From positions 7,681 to 71,680 of the forward strand of contig JBJHBD010000001.1 of the NCBI GenBank assembly GCA_050485305.1: a stretch of 64,000 nucleotides of DNA. Direction: 5' to 3'. The DNA is from Gemmatimonadota bacterium (GTDB taxonomy: Bacteria > Gemmatimonadota > Gemmatimonadetes > Longimicrobiales > Gaopeijiaceae). The notes under the pieces were generated by a model. That model was given only the letters and a program-made list of their open reading frames with translations, ran no database searches and was not told the origin of the DNA. A program made the translations under genes and the position numbers. Each line of letters begins with the position of its first letter. Position 1 is the stretch's first letter. Shown here one piece after another: positions 1-9,845 of this stretch.

Positions 1-322
1 ATCGCTCGAAGACCGGGGTGGGGATGGACCCATCCTCCACCGTTTCTCCCACCAACCCCACCTCCGGGGTGGGGGGCGTCTCCCCTCCCTCTCCCCGGCA
101 CCCCCAGAGGAGGAATGGGAGAAGAAGGAGGGAGACCGACCGCGAAAGAGGTGTGGGGCGGGGTGCGTGCACGGAATCGCAGTGTGTGAAGAGGGGTGCC
201 GGTCAGTGGTAACCGGAAGCGGATCGCAAGGTAGCAAACGGGTTGCAGGGGGGGGAGGGCCGGGGTAAGTTCCTCCCGCTTTTCGGGACCTGGAACCGTT
301 CTCCCTCTCGGGCAACCTCCCT

Positions 323-1609
323 ATGCAGCTCTACACCAAGATTCTCCTGGGACTCATTCTCGGGGGGGTGGTCGGCTTCGTGGCCAACATCCTGGAGCTC
401 ACCTGGCTCCAGTCGATTCTCATCGGCATGGAGCCCATCGGTACCGCCTTCATCCGGCTCATCACCATGGTGGTGATCCCTCTGGTGGTGGCCTCCCTCA
501 TGGTGGGGACGGCCTCGCTGGGAGACCTGGCCAAGCTGGGGAGGATCGGGGGGAAGACCATCGCCTTCTACCTCTGCACCACGGCGGTGGCCGTGACCAT
601 CGGGCTCGCCATCTCCAACGTGGTGAAGCCGGGGTCCCGCATCAACGAGACTACCCGCGACGCCCTGGCCGCCCAGTTCGAGGGCGAGGCGGCCGATCGG
701 ATGATCCTGGCGGAGCAGGCGCCCACGGTGGTGGAAACCCTCCTCAACATCATCCCCCGGAATCCGGTGCAGGCGGCGGCGAATCTGGAGCTTCTCCCCC
801 TCATCTTCTTCACCATCATCTTCGGGGCGGCCATCAGCATCGTGGCTCCAAAACGAAGAGACGCGGTCATCACCTTCTTCGAAGGGGTGAACGACGCCAG
901 TATGGTGGTCATCGACTGGATCATGAAGCTGGCGCCGTACGCCGTCTTCGCCCTCATCGCCGCGGTGGTGGCCAGGTTCGGGACCGATCTGCTCCAGAGT
1001 CTTCTCATCTATTCGCTTACGGTGGTGGTGGGGCTGATGATTCATCTGGCGCTCACCTACGGCTTTGCCGCCACCGTACTGGCGCGCCTCAACTTCGTCA
1101 CCTTCCTCCGACGGATCGCGAAGGCCCCCCTGGTGGCCTTCTCCACCTCCTCGTCCAACGCCACCCTCCCGGTGACCATGGAAACGGCGGAGCAGGAGGT
1201 GGGGGTTTCCAAGCCGGTGTCCTCCTTCGTCCTCCCCCTGGGCGCCACCATCAACATGGACGGGACGGCGCTCTATCAGGCGGTGGCGGTGATGTTCATC
1301 GCCCAGATCTACGGGATCGAGATCGGGATCACCGAACAGCTCATCGTGGTTCTTACCGCCACCCTCGCCTCCATCGGGGCCGCCGGAGTGCCCAGCGCCG
1401 GGATCATCACCCTCATCATCGTCCTGAACGCGGTGGGGCTGGGACAGCATGTGCAGGCGGGGATCGCCCTCATTCTCGGGGTGGATCGGATCCTGGACAT
1501 GATCCGGACCTCGGTGAACGTCACCGGTGACCTCACCGCCGCGGCGGTGGTGGCCCGAAGTGAGGGAGAGGAATTGACCCTGGCGGCACCGGGGAAGGGC
1601 GCCGCCTGA
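323..1609 (+). CDS. dicarboxylate/amino acid:cation symporter (DAACS family, GltP/DctA-like)
   Basis: 428-aa multi-TM ORF. Family motifs are readable by eye (AFSTSSSNATLPVT, PLGATINMDGTALY, GAAGVPSAG, DRILDMIRTSVNVTGD). Confidence 0.9.
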   Translation: MQLYTKILLGLILGGVVGFVANILELTWLQSILIGMEPIGTAFIRLITMVVIPLVVASLMVGTASLGDLAKLGRIGGKTIAFYLCTTAVAVTIGLAISNVVKPGSRINETTRDALAAQFEGEAADRMILAEQAPTVVETLLNIIPRNPVQAAANLELLPLIFFTIIFGAAISIVAPKRRDAVITFFEGVNDASMVVIDWIMKLAPYAVFALIAAVVARFGTDLLQSLLIYSLTVVVGLMIHLALTYGFAATVLARLNFVTFLRRIAKAPLVAFSTSSSNATLPVTMETAEQEVGVSKPVSSFVLPLGATINMDGTALYQAVAVMFIAQIYGIEIGITEQLIVVLTATLASIGAAGVPSAGIITLIIVLNAVGLGQHVQAGIALILGVDRILDMIRTSVNVTGDLTAAAVVARSEGEELTLAAPGKGAA

Positions 1610-1633
1610 ACGTTCGCCGGGTGCCCCCGGCGC

Positions 1634-2032
1634 CTACCCGACCGGCACCCCCTCCGAGGGGTCGAGAAGGGTATGTGCGTCGGCCTCCAGCGCTCTGTCC
1701 AGGCGACGGAGGAACTTCCGGATCCGGCGGGCGTTCGCCCCCAGGTCCCACCTCCCCCGGCGGGAGCGGGAGCTGAGGTCCACGCGCGTCTGCGCGTCTG
1801 CGTCGAGGGTCACCCGGATCTCCACGTCGTCCACGAACCGGAAGACGAGGGTCCGCGAGGTGACCCGGATGATCCCGTCGTCGTCGTCGGCTTCCATGAC
1901 CGTCCACCCCCGGAGCCGTTCGGCGGCGAGGGTGAGGGCGGAATTCCAGACCTGGTCGAAGGGGATGGCGTAGCGGCGCCCCCGGAGGGTGGGGTCCGGA
2001 TGCCCGGGATGGGTGGCGGCGTGACTTGTCAC
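1634..2032 (-). CDS. small conserved hypothetical protein (DUF1499-like by recollection)
   Basis: 132-aa ORF with a GTG start, 13 nt downstream of the SIMPL gene on the same strand. Family assignment is from memory only. Confidence 0.5.
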   Translation of the reverse strand: MTSHAATHPGHPDPTLRGRRYAIPFDQVWNSALTLAAERLRGWTVMEADDDDGIIRVTSRTLVFRFVDDVEIRVTLDADAQTRVDLSSRSRRGRWDLGANARRIRKFLRRLDRALEADAHTLLDPSEGVPVG

Positions 2033-2045
2033 AGGGGAGGTGCCG

Positions 2046-2903
2046 TCAGGGGACGAGGCGGAAGCGGATGGTGACCTGAGCCGTGACGGTCTGGAGCCCC
2101 GCCTCTACCGGGGTGGCCTCCATGGTGTCCATGGCCACGACCGCGCGCGCCATCTCCGCCCTGAACATGGGAGGAACGGAGTAGTCCGCTCCCCCCTGCA
2201 CCTCCACGGGGGGCCCCAGCCGGAGTCCGAGGGCTCCCGCCAGCACCTCCGCCTCTCCCCGGGCTCGGGCGGTGGCCTGGCGAAGGGCTTCGTGGCGGTG
2301 GGGCTCCACCTCGCGGATCCGGAACTGGAGCCCGGACATCCGGTTTGCTCCCCCTTCCAGCGCCGTATCCATGATGGAGCCCACCGCGGTCACGTCATCG
2401 AGTGTGACCACCACGGAGTTGCGGGCGGTATATCCCACGATGACGGGCTCGCCATCCCGGACCCCGCGGTATCGAGGCGACACGGAGTACCCGGAGGTCT
2501 CCATCCGGAATCCGGGGATTCCCGCGCCTCGCCCGCGAACGGCGGTCATGACCGCCTCCATCCTCCGGGCATTGGCCTGCGACGCTTCCAGCGCCGTCTC
2601 TCCTTCCGTTTCTACCGCAAAGGAGATGACGGCCCGGTCGGGCTCCACCTCCACCCGCCCCACACCCGAGACCACCACCGTCCCGTCATCGTCCGAGCGG
2701 ACCGAGAGGGTGGTGCCCTCCCAGGAGCGTCGGGCCTGAGGGGCGGCGGTGGAGGTGGTGGGGGGGGCAACCTCTCCTCGGGGGGCCGGCCCCGGCTCCC
2801 CCACGGTCTGGGAGCCGACGGCGCTCCCGGAGGCGCACGCCGGGACGAGGGCGACGAGGAGGGCGAGGGGCGCGATTCGAAGGTGGGGGCGTAGGGGGGT
2901 CAT
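2046..2903 (-). CDS. SIMPL/DUF541-family periplasmic lipoprotein
   Basis: I used the internal ATG at 2901-2903 of the 388-aa ORF. This gives a signal peptide with lipobox LVPAC, and the rest resembles 26-kDa periplasmic immunogenic protein/SIMPL domains. Confidence 0.8.
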   Translation of the reverse strand: MTPLRPHLRIAPLALLVALVPACASGSAVGSQTVGEPGPAPRGEVAPPTTSTAAPQARRSWEGTTLSVRSDDDGTVVVSGVGRVEVEPDRAVISFAVETEGETALEASQANARRMEAVMTAVRGRGAGIPGFRMETSGYSVSPRYRGVRDGEPVIVGYTARNSVVVTLDDVTAVGSIMDTALEGGANRMSGLQFRIREVEPHRHEALRQATARARGEAEVLAGALGLRLGPPVEVQGGADYSVPPMFRAEMARAVVAMDTMEATPVEAGLQTVTAQVTIRFRLVP

Positions 2904-3131
2904 GGGCTTCCCTGGAGTGGGTGGGGTGATGTGGGGCCCATCCTCCCGGAAGAGGGACGGGGGGTAACGGTGTAGTAGCGGTTCGACGCCCGGGCGGTTC
3001 CAACGGTGGGGTGGGCGTGGAGCCCCATTGAAGCGGAGCGCCCATCGTTCCATTCTACAACGGCGCGCCTCTCGTGCGTGTCCGTGGTGTATCGTCGGTA
3101 CCGCCGACCCTCCCCTCCAGCCATCCATGCC

Positions 3132-4133
3132 ATGAAGGCCATCATCCCCCTCGCGGGGCGCGGCACCCGTTTGCGCCCGCACACTCTCACCTCCCCGAAA
3201 CCCCTGGTTCACGTGGCCGGTCGACCGGTCATGAGCTACATCATGGACGACCTCCGGGAGCTGGGGATCACCGAGGTCATCTTCGTCGTGGGGTACCTCC
3301 GGGACGCGGTGAAGGACTATGTCGCGAGGGAGTATCCCGACCTGACGGCGCGGTTCGTGGTGCAGGAGGTGCAGGACGGAACGGCGGGGGCGGTGAAGCT
3401 GGCTGAACCGTGGGCGGACGACGAGCTCCTCATCCTCTTCGTGGACACCCTCTTTGACGCCGACCTCTCGTTGGCGCGGACCCTCGACCCCGAGTGGTCA
3501 GGGGTGATCTGGGCGAAGGAGGTGGAGGACTACCAGCGCTACGGCGTCATCGTCACCGACGGAGAGGGGGCCATGACCCGCATCGTGGAGAAGCCGAGTG
3601 AGCCGGTCTCGAAGCTGGCCAACATCGGGCTCTACTACATCCGGGACTCGGCGCTCCTCTTCGAGGGGATCAACCATGTCCTGGCCTCGACCCCGGGGGG
3701 AGCCGGGGAGTACTACCTCACCGATGCCTTCCAGTACATGGTGGACCGGGGAGCGCGGATCCGCACCGCGCCGGTAGGAGGGTGGTACGACTGCGGGAAG
3801 GTGGACACCCTTCTCGAGACGAACCGGCACCTCCTGGAGACGGGGCGGGGCGGGGTGGATCCGGAGGCGGTGCTGGAGGACTGCACCGTGGAGGGGCCCG
3901 TGCGAGTGGAGGCGGGAGCCCGTCTCCGAGGGGTCACCCTCGCCGGGAACGTGACGGTGGAAGAGGGGGCGGTGCTGGAGCGATGCACTCTCCGGGACAC
4001 CCTGGTGGGGCGCCGGACCCACCTCACCGGGTGCCGGCTCCACGACTCCATGGTGGGGAGCGACGTTCGCCTCGAGGGGGTGACGGGGGTGGTGAACGCC
4101 GCCGAGTTCACCGAAATCCTCGGGGGTGGCTGA
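3132..4133 (+). CDS. sugar-phosphate nucleotidyltransferase with C-terminal left-handed beta-helix region
   Basis: ATG at 3132. It has the N-terminal PLAGRGTRLRP (GxGTRxxP) nucleotidyltransferase motif and a hexapeptide-like C-terminus. Confidence 0.85.
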   Translation: MKAIIPLAGRGTRLRPHTLTSPKPLVHVAGRPVMSYIMDDLRELGITEVIFVVGYLRDAVKDYVAREYPDLTARFVVQEVQDGTAGAVKLAEPWADDELLILFVDTLFDADLSLARTLDPEWSGVIWAKEVEDYQRYGVIVTDGEGAMTRIVEKPSEPVSKLANIGLYYIRDSALLFEGINHVLASTPGGAGEYYLTDAFQYMVDRGARIRTAPVGGWYDCGKVDTLLETNRHLLETGRGGVDPEAVLEDCTVEGPVRVEAGARLRGVTLAGNVTVEEGAVLERCTLRDTLVGRRTHLTGCRLHDSMVGSDVRLEGVTGVVNAAEFTEILGGG

Positions 4134-4158
4134 GGGGCGTTCTTCACCCCCGCCGGAG

Positions 4159-4758
4159 CTACAGCTCGTTGGAGAAGGAGACGAGGCGGTACCTCCCCCG
4201 CCACTCGAAGATGCTTCCGAAGAGGCGCTGCTCCACATCTTCGCCTGTGGGAAGCTTCCCCAGGAGGGTGCAGCCGTGCCAGATCCACCCCTCCCCATAC
4301 GGCTCCCCCTCGTCGGGGCACCGGTACCCGGTGTAGTACAGGGTCTGTCCTCCCAGCCGGGAGAGGGCCCGATTGAGTCCCCGGGAGCTCCGGTTCTGGA
4401 GCTGGAACCAGACCATCCCGGGAGGGAGCTGGTAGGGGGGCTCCATGTACATGGAGTGGGGGAAGTAGAGCCAGGCGAACTCCGATGGGGTCATGGCCAG
4501 CGCAGCCAGCCCGAGGGTGTCGGCTCGCGCGAGGGCATTCACGAAGGTCTCCACCAACTCGTCCCTGGAATCCACCCCCCCAAGAAAGGTGTCGATGGAG
4601 TCCATCCCGACGCGGAAGCGTCGTAGCTCCTCGTCCATGGGGAAGATGCTGTCCACCACCACCGCGGCTTCCGCGTCGCCTGGGGCCGAGCTTCGCTCCG
4701 AAGGTGCGCAGGCAGGGGTGAGTGCGGCGAGACCGGCAACGAGAAAAGCAAGGCGCAT
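4159..4758 (-). CDS. hypothetical lipoprotein
   Basis: 199-aa ORF with signal peptide and lipobox (LTPAC). It lies downstream of the TonB receptor and FN3 lipoprotein on the same strand. I recognise no family. Confidence 0.6.
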   Translation of the reverse strand: MRLAFLVAGLAALTPACAPSERSSAPGDAEAAVVVDSIFPMDEELRRFRVGMDSIDTFLGGVDSRDELVETFVNALARADTLGLAALAMTPSEFAWLYFPHSMYMEPPYQLPPGMVWFQLQNRSSRGLNRALSRLGGQTLYYTGYRCPDEGEPYGEGWIWHGCTLLGKLPTGEDVEQRLFGSIFEWRGRYRLVSFSNEL

Positions 4759-4881
4759 CGGAAATTGAGGGAGAAGGGGTGAGGGGGGATGGGCGCCCGG
4801 TGGAGCCGCTCTGCCGGGCGCCCGAACCCTGCCCTCACCGCCCCGGGGTCGTCCCCGGAGCGGGAGGGTCGTGGGGGGAAA

Positions 4882-6621
4882 TCAGTTCTGGGCGTACGTC
4901 GTCCACCCGGCCCACCACTGGGGGCCGTCCGGGGCCACCGCACCCCGGTAGGTGGTGGGCTGGATGGCGCCCTCCGCGGCCTGCCTCAGGAGGTCCGGGA
5001 GCTGGCTGAAGCTGGCCAGCCCCCCGCCGGCGATGGGCGATCCGGCGCGAGGACGCCAGTCGAAGTCCGCCGCCGTGGTGGTGGGCCCGGTGACGGTGGG
5101 AAAGGCGGTGAAGAGGTCGGCCACCGGGACCGTCCCGGCTTCGAGACCATTGGGTTCCAGCTCGAGGGCGAACTGCGCCGCCTCCCCGGTACCGGTGCCG
5201 GGCTGGAAGATGGCGGCGTTCTCCGTGAAGTAGATGTTCCGGATCCGGAGGAGTCCGTCGTCGTACCGCTGCTTCGTCTGCTCGCCACGAAAGGAGACGG
5301 CGGCTCGGGTGTACCGCGCCACCACGCCATTGACGTAGAGGCCACCCACACCGCGCCGAAGCATCATCCCGATGTTCCCGCCGGGGGTCTCCCACGCGCC
5401 TGGAGGAGGGCCGACCAGGGTGAAGTTTGCGAAGATGGGGACGGTGTAGGGCTGGGACGCGCTCCGGTTGGCGTCACCGGCGTTGCAGTTCTCCGCCCAG
5501 CACCCGTCGTTTTCGATTCCCTGCGGGTCCGAGGCGGCGCCCCCGGCGAGCCCGGGGCGGGGCTCGGGACGGATGGACTGGAAGGCGATGAAGTTCTGGA
5601 CCCGCCCGACGTACCCTTCCGAGGCGTCGAAGTGGTCGTCGGCGGACTCGTAGGAGACGAGATACCGGTGGTCGACGGCCCCCCCGAACCACTCGAAGGA
5701 GTCGTCCAGCCCCAGGAGCACCTGCACGTACTCGATGGTGGTTCCGCGCCCGACCGCCGCCATGGTGAGGGAGTTCAGCTCCTCGTTCGGGGCGGTGGGG
5801 AAGCCCGCGAACTCGATTCGGGCGTATCGGATCACCCCGGAGTCGTCATTGTTGTTGGTCCCCCCGGAGTAGTCCACCAGGGGGTTCTCCGGGCCCGTTC
5901 CCGTCCCTTCGATATAGGTGGGAGCGCCCCGGTTCGTGATCCCGTTCCCCACAATGATGACCCCACCCCAGTCGCCGGGCTGCCGCTGTCCCACGGGGCG
6001 TGACGAGGTGAAGACGATGGGGCGGTCCGCCGTTCCCTGGGCGTCGATTCTGGCCCCCCGGAGAATGAAGAGGGAAGAGCCGGGGATGTTGAAGTCGCCC
6101 TGGATCACCGTTCCGGGCTGGATGGTGAGGGTGGCCCCGTTCGTCACCTTGATGAACCCGGAGAGGGTGTAGGTGGTGTCGGCGAAAAGGGTCCGGTTCG
6201 TCGTGATGTCAGCCGAGATGGTGGCTACCGCGGCTGCGGCGGGAGGTGTGGTGACGGAAGCCTCGGACGAGGGGGCGCTGGGTTCCGTCCCCGCCCCTCC
6301 GCGGGCGATGATCCGATACCGATAGGTGGTTTCGTGGCTCAGCCCGGTGTCTTCGAAGGAGGTGGTGGAGGACTGGCCGGCCGTTCCCCAGCTTCCCCCG
6401 GAGGCGCCTTCGGCCCGCTCGATGGTGTAGGAGGTGGCTCCGGACACGGTGCCCCAGGACACGGTCACGGAGGAGGGAGAGGCGGCGGTCACCGTCACCC
6501 CGGTGGGGGTGGCGAGCTGGGTGTTCCCCGGTCCGGTGGGGCCGCCGTTGTCGTCACACCCGATGGTCGCCGCTGCCACGAGGGCGAGAGCGGCGGGGAA
6601 GCAGACTCTTCGGATCATCAT
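4882..6621 (-). CDS. surface lipoprotein with fibronectin type III domain and beta-helix-like region (receptor partner)
   Basis: I used the internal ATG-ATG at 6616-6621, preceded by AGGAACG. The product has lipobox ATIGC and an FN3-like segment (VTVTAASPSSVTVSWGTVSGATSYTIER..YRYRI). The upstream part of the 963-aa frame overlaps the receptor gene and is rejected. Confidence 0.8.
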   Translation of the reverse strand: MMIRRVCFPAALALVAAATIGCDDNGGPTGPGNTQLATPTGVTVTAASPSSVTVSWGTVSGATSYTIERAEGASGGSWGTAGQSSTTSFEDTGLSHETTYRYRIIARGGAGTEPSAPSSEASVTTPPAAAAVATISADITTNRTLFADTTYTLSGFIKVTNGATLTIQPGTVIQGDFNIPGSSLFILRGARIDAQGTADRPIVFTSSRPVGQRQPGDWGGVIIVGNGITNRGAPTYIEGTGTGPENPLVDYSGGTNNNDDSGVIRYARIEFAGFPTAPNEELNSLTMAAVGRGTTIEYVQVLLGLDDSFEWFGGAVDHRYLVSYESADDHFDASEGYVGRVQNFIAFQSIRPEPRPGLAGGAASDPQGIENDGCWAENCNAGDANRSASQPYTVPIFANFTLVGPPPGAWETPGGNIGMMLRRGVGGLYVNGVVARYTRAAVSFRGEQTKQRYDDGLLRIRNIYFTENAAIFQPGTGTGEAAQFALELEPNGLEAGTVPVADLFTAFPTVTGPTTTAADFDWRPRAGSPIAGGGLASFSQLPDLLRQAAEGAIQPTTYRGAVAPDGPQWWAGWTTYAQN

Positions 6622-6701
6622 CGTTCCTTGGCTACGATGGGGAGATTCGGGCTCACGTAGACCATGGAGCCCGGCGATTCCGGGGGTCACCGCCCCCGCC
6701 G

Positions 6702-9443
6702 TCACCACCGCCACGAGAGCCCGACGGACACGTTGCGTCCGCTTCGGTGGTACTCCCGGACGATGGGTCCCTGAACCACCTCGTAAGGGGAGTCCAGGAG
6801 GTTCTTCAGGTCGATCCTGGCCGAGGCGCCCCCTGCGAGGGGGACGCGCAGGGAGAGGTCCACCAGGTGCCGCGGCTCCTCCACCACATCCTCCACGGTG
6901 GATCCGGACGCCCGGGCGTTCACGATGCGGGGGCCGACCACGTTGTGGAGGAGGGTAGCGCTCAGGTCGGAGCGGATGCCGGTGTAGGTGAGGCCGGTAT
7001 TCACCACATAGGGTGCCTGCCCCACCATGGCTCGCGTCGGCTCTCCTTCTCCCACCTTCACCCGACTGCGCATGAGGGTGACGTTGGAAAAGAGCGAAAA
7101 GCTCCGGAGGGAGGGGGTGAGGCGGCCGAGTCCGGTGACGGCTTCCAGCTCGATCCCGCGATTCGTGGCGCTCTCGGCGTTGATGAAGGTCCGGGTATCG
7201 GTCCCGGAACGGGCCAGGTACCGCTGCTCGATGGGCGCGTCGAAGTCCTTGGCGAAGACCCCGATGGAGAGGACTTCGCCCGGGGCGGGGTACCACTCCC
7301 ACCTGGCGTCCACATTGTCGATGAGGGTGCGTTCCAGCTCCCGATTCCCGATGATCTGGTCCCCGCCCAGCACCTCCCGGTAGGTGATGGGTGCGAGTTC
7401 CCGGTACTCGGGACGGGCCAGCGTCCGGGAGGCGGAAAGGCGGAGTTGCTGCCGCTCGGTAAGCTGGAGGTTGGCGCCGAGCGCCGGAAGGACGTCGGTG
7501 TAGTCCTGCTCCACCACCGAGGGCTGGGCGAGGTTGTTCTCGGCGTGCACTTCGATGGAGTACCGCTCCACCCGAGCACCCCCGATGAGCCGGATGCGGT
7601 CGGAGAGGTTCACCTCGGCCATGAGGAATCCGGCGGTGAGCCGATCTTCGGCCCGATACGTGCCCCCTGCCAGCTCGGGCGCCAGGATGAAGATGGAATC
7701 GGCGGGACCCGAAAACCTCCCGTCGAAGAAGTCCTCCGGGTCCATCTGCCAACGGGGGTCGGAGGGAGCCCAACTGAAGCTCTGGATCCGGAACCCCTGA
7801 CTGAAGGCGTCCCGCTCGGTGGACCTCCGTACCCCTCCCACCGTCACCCGCGTCGGGTTCCCGGGATGGGTTCCGAAGGTCATGGCGTACTTCGCACTCC
7901 CTTCCAGCGACTGCTCGTCCAGCTCCCCAAAGGTGCGCACCGCCCCTTCGAAGTCGTTGAACCAGACGGGAATCTCCGGATCGAGCCAGCGCACAAACTC
8001 GGATCGATCCGGCTCCGAGCGGGAAACGGCCGAAGAGGAAAGGGTCCAGTCCACCCGGTTCCGTCGACCGATCTGGTGCTCGGCCATGAGCTGGGTGGAG
8101 CGCACCACCCGCTCCACATAGGTGAGGCGGTCCACCTGGACGAGTGCCCGGGTGTTTTCGTCCTCACCCACCTCCCGGCGGGCCTCGTTGTCCCCGCTCC
8201 GGTTGTACTGGTTGTTCAGATGGAGCTGGGTGTGATTCCCCAGGAGCGCGCTCAGGTTGAGAAGCCCGCCCCAGAGGACGGAGGTGGTAGCCGACTCCCC
8301 GTCGTACCGATCCCGCTCCGTGTTCCCCGTCCCTACCCGCGCGCGCCGCTGATTCAGGCGCACCTCCTCCCCGGTGGCGTATGTGAGGGAACCCAGGTAT
8401 CCCCAGGTCACGCCCAGGCCGTCGGACGAGCCTCCCAGCGACGCGCCGACGGAGGCCGGGAGGCGAGCCTGGTCCTCCTGCACCGTCCATGCGTTCCGAA
8501 AGGAGTTCACCACCGCGTTGGCGTGCGGCCCCCGGGAGGCGGTGGAGGCGAAGTTGGAGGCCGCCTCGGGGATCCGCCGGGGAGAGGTGGCACGCGCCAT
8601 CCACTCTCCGGATTCGGTTGGAGCCCGGAGCACCGTCCCCCCTGTGACGCCGGGGCGGAAGCCCGTAGAGACGGAGAGGGAGGCGGTGCGCCGCGCCGGG
8701 AAGGTGGGGGTGCGGAGATTCACCGATCCTCCGGAGAAGTCTCCCGGCTGATCGGGGGTGAAGGTCTTGACGGTGGTGATGGCCTGAAGGAGCCCGGTGG
8801 GGAAGAGGTCCAGCGGCACCACCTTCCGCTCCGGTTCGGGGGATGGGATGCGCGCGCCGTTCAGCGAGCTGGTGGTGTAGCGTTCCCCGAGTCCCCGCAC
8901 GAAGACGTAGCGCCCGTCCTGAACCGAGACCCCGCTCACCCGCCGCACCGCCGCTGCCGCATTCCCGTCGGGAGAGCGGGAGATCTGCTCCGAGGAGATG
9001 GAGTTCACCACTCCGCCGGCGGCCCGCTGCTCGTTGATGAGCGCCACCGAGCTCCCACGCTCCATCTGCGCGGTGACCTCGAACCCCTCCAACTCGAGGG
9101 CGGCACGGGTGAGGGAGGCGTCCACCCGCACCATTTCTCCACTCGCCAGCTCGATCCCCGTGATGGTGGTGGTGGCGTATCCCAGCATCACCACCCGGAT
9201 GGCGTGCGTCCCGGAGGGAACCCGGTCCATCTGGAACCGCCCCTCGATCCCCGCCATGACGGTGCGGGAGCCTCCCATGAGTTCGATTCGTGCACCGGGG
9301 ATTCCCTCTCCGGAGAGCTGGTCCACCACCCTTCCGGTGATGCGACCGTCGGTGGACTGGGACAGGGCGTGGGGCGCCAGGGTGAGGAGGAGACAGAGAA
9401 CCGTGAAGGTCACGGTTCCAGGCCGACGGAGGGGAGCGTTCAT
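6702..9443 (-). CDS. TonB-dependent receptor with N-terminal carboxypeptidase-regulatory-like domain (SusC/RagA-like architecture)
   Basis: ATG at 9441-9443 and a signal peptide. It has a CarboxypepD_reg-like segment (GRITGRVVD...GTHAIRVVMLGY), a plug region (VSGVSVQDGRYVFVRGLGERYT) and a long beta-barrel ending ...GLSWRW. Confidence 0.9.
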   Translation of the reverse strand: MNAPLRRPGTVTFTVLCLLLTLAPHALSQSTDGRITGRVVDQLSGEGIPGARIELMGGSRTVMAGIEGRFQMDRVPSGTHAIRVVMLGYATTTITGIELASGEMVRVDASLTRAALELEGFEVTAQMERGSSVALINEQRAAGGVVNSISSEQISRSPDGNAAAAVRRVSGVSVQDGRYVFVRGLGERYTTSSLNGARIPSPEPERKVVPLDLFPTGLLQAITTVKTFTPDQPGDFSGGSVNLRTPTFPARRTASLSVSTGFRPGVTGGTVLRAPTESGEWMARATSPRRIPEAASNFASTASRGPHANAVVNSFRNAWTVQEDQARLPASVGASLGGSSDGLGVTWGYLGSLTYATGEEVRLNQRRARVGTGNTERDRYDGESATTSVLWGGLLNLSALLGNHTQLHLNNQYNRSGDNEARREVGEDENTRALVQVDRLTYVERVVRSTQLMAEHQIGRRNRVDWTLSSSAVSRSEPDRSEFVRWLDPEIPVWFNDFEGAVRTFGELDEQSLEGSAKYAMTFGTHPGNPTRVTVGGVRRSTERDAFSQGFRIQSFSWAPSDPRWQMDPEDFFDGRFSGPADSIFILAPELAGGTYRAEDRLTAGFLMAEVNLSDRIRLIGGARVERYSIEVHAENNLAQPSVVEQDYTDVLPALGANLQLTERQQLRLSASRTLARPEYRELAPITYREVLGGDQIIGNRELERTLIDNVDARWEWYPAPGEVLSIGVFAKDFDAPIEQRYLARSGTDTRTFINAESATNRGIELEAVTGLGRLTPSLRSFSLFSNVTLMRSRVKVGEGEPTRAMVGQAPYVVNTGLTYTGIRSDLSATLLHNVVGPRIVNARASGSTVEDVVEEPRHLVDLSLRVPLAGGASARIDLKNLLDSPYEVVQGPIVREYHRSGRNVSVGLSWRW

Positions 9444-9628
9444 GGCGAGTTCCGTTGCGGGGAGGCCATCCCGGTCGAGACGAAGCAATCGCGAACCGGG
9501 TAGGCGCCGGGTGGGTACGGGAGAAAGATTGCGGCGGTGTGTAACGGGATACCGGCGGTGTTCGGTAACAAATCGACGGCCCGACTCCCACGATTTGGTG
9601 ACGAACCGCCCGCGAGGCCGGGGTTCTC

Positions 9629-9688
9629 ACCGCACCGCCGGATGGGAGGGGATCGGGACCGGCTCCGAAACCCATCCCCCGGTGCGGT
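9629..9688. other. 60-nt imperfect inverted repeat (9 bp + 7 bp stems) in a 430-bp intergenic region
   Basis: ACCGCACCG-CC-GGATGGG ... CCCATCC-CC-CGGTGCGGT, read directly. It can fold on either strand. Function unknown. Confidence 0.4.
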
Positions 9689-9819
9689 TACCTCACCGTG
9701 ACATGAGGTGGCGGGGGCCGTTACAAAGGGCCGATAGACTTGGGTGACCTCTCGCGACAGAAACGATCTGGAGGTGTACGCTTGCGAGGCTCTTCCGCGA
9801 TCACCCTATTTGGTTTTCC

Positions 9820-9845
9820 CACCGGAACGGCGCCCCGTTCCGGTG
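9820..9845 (+). promoter_or_regulatory. 11-bp perfect-stem hairpin 28 nt upstream of the LeuA-like gene
   Basis: CACCGGAACGG-CGCC-CCGTTCCGGTG. There is no U-tract after it, so it is not a canonical terminator. Confidence 0.35.

Noticed and set aside
1-322. 64-aa ORF (18-212) and purine-rich sequence at the left edge; possible partial gene or ncRNA
   Set aside because: The translation is Arg/Gly/Pro-rich with no motif, and no frame stays open from the window edge with protein-like composition. Only a 7-bp hairpin (about 54-72) is visible, so I treat the stretch as intergenic.
6622-7773. Upstream 384 codons of the 963-aa frame containing the FN3 lipoprotein
   Set aside because: This part overlaps the 3' end of the TonB receptor gene and translates to Arg/Pro/Gly-rich nonsense. 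A proper ATG with an RBS, signal peptide and lipobox occurs at 6621.
6747-9503. 918-aa plus-strand ORF opposite the first TonB receptor. Similar long antisense or alternative-frame ORFs occur at 203-1450, 34390-36846, 26680-28665, 57652-59313, 9721-11250, 11886-13973, 44193-45629, 60644-61846 and elsewhere.
   Set aside because: All of them overlap genes with strong family signatures in another frame. All have Arg/Gly/Pro/His-dominated composition without motifs, signal peptides or sensible starts.
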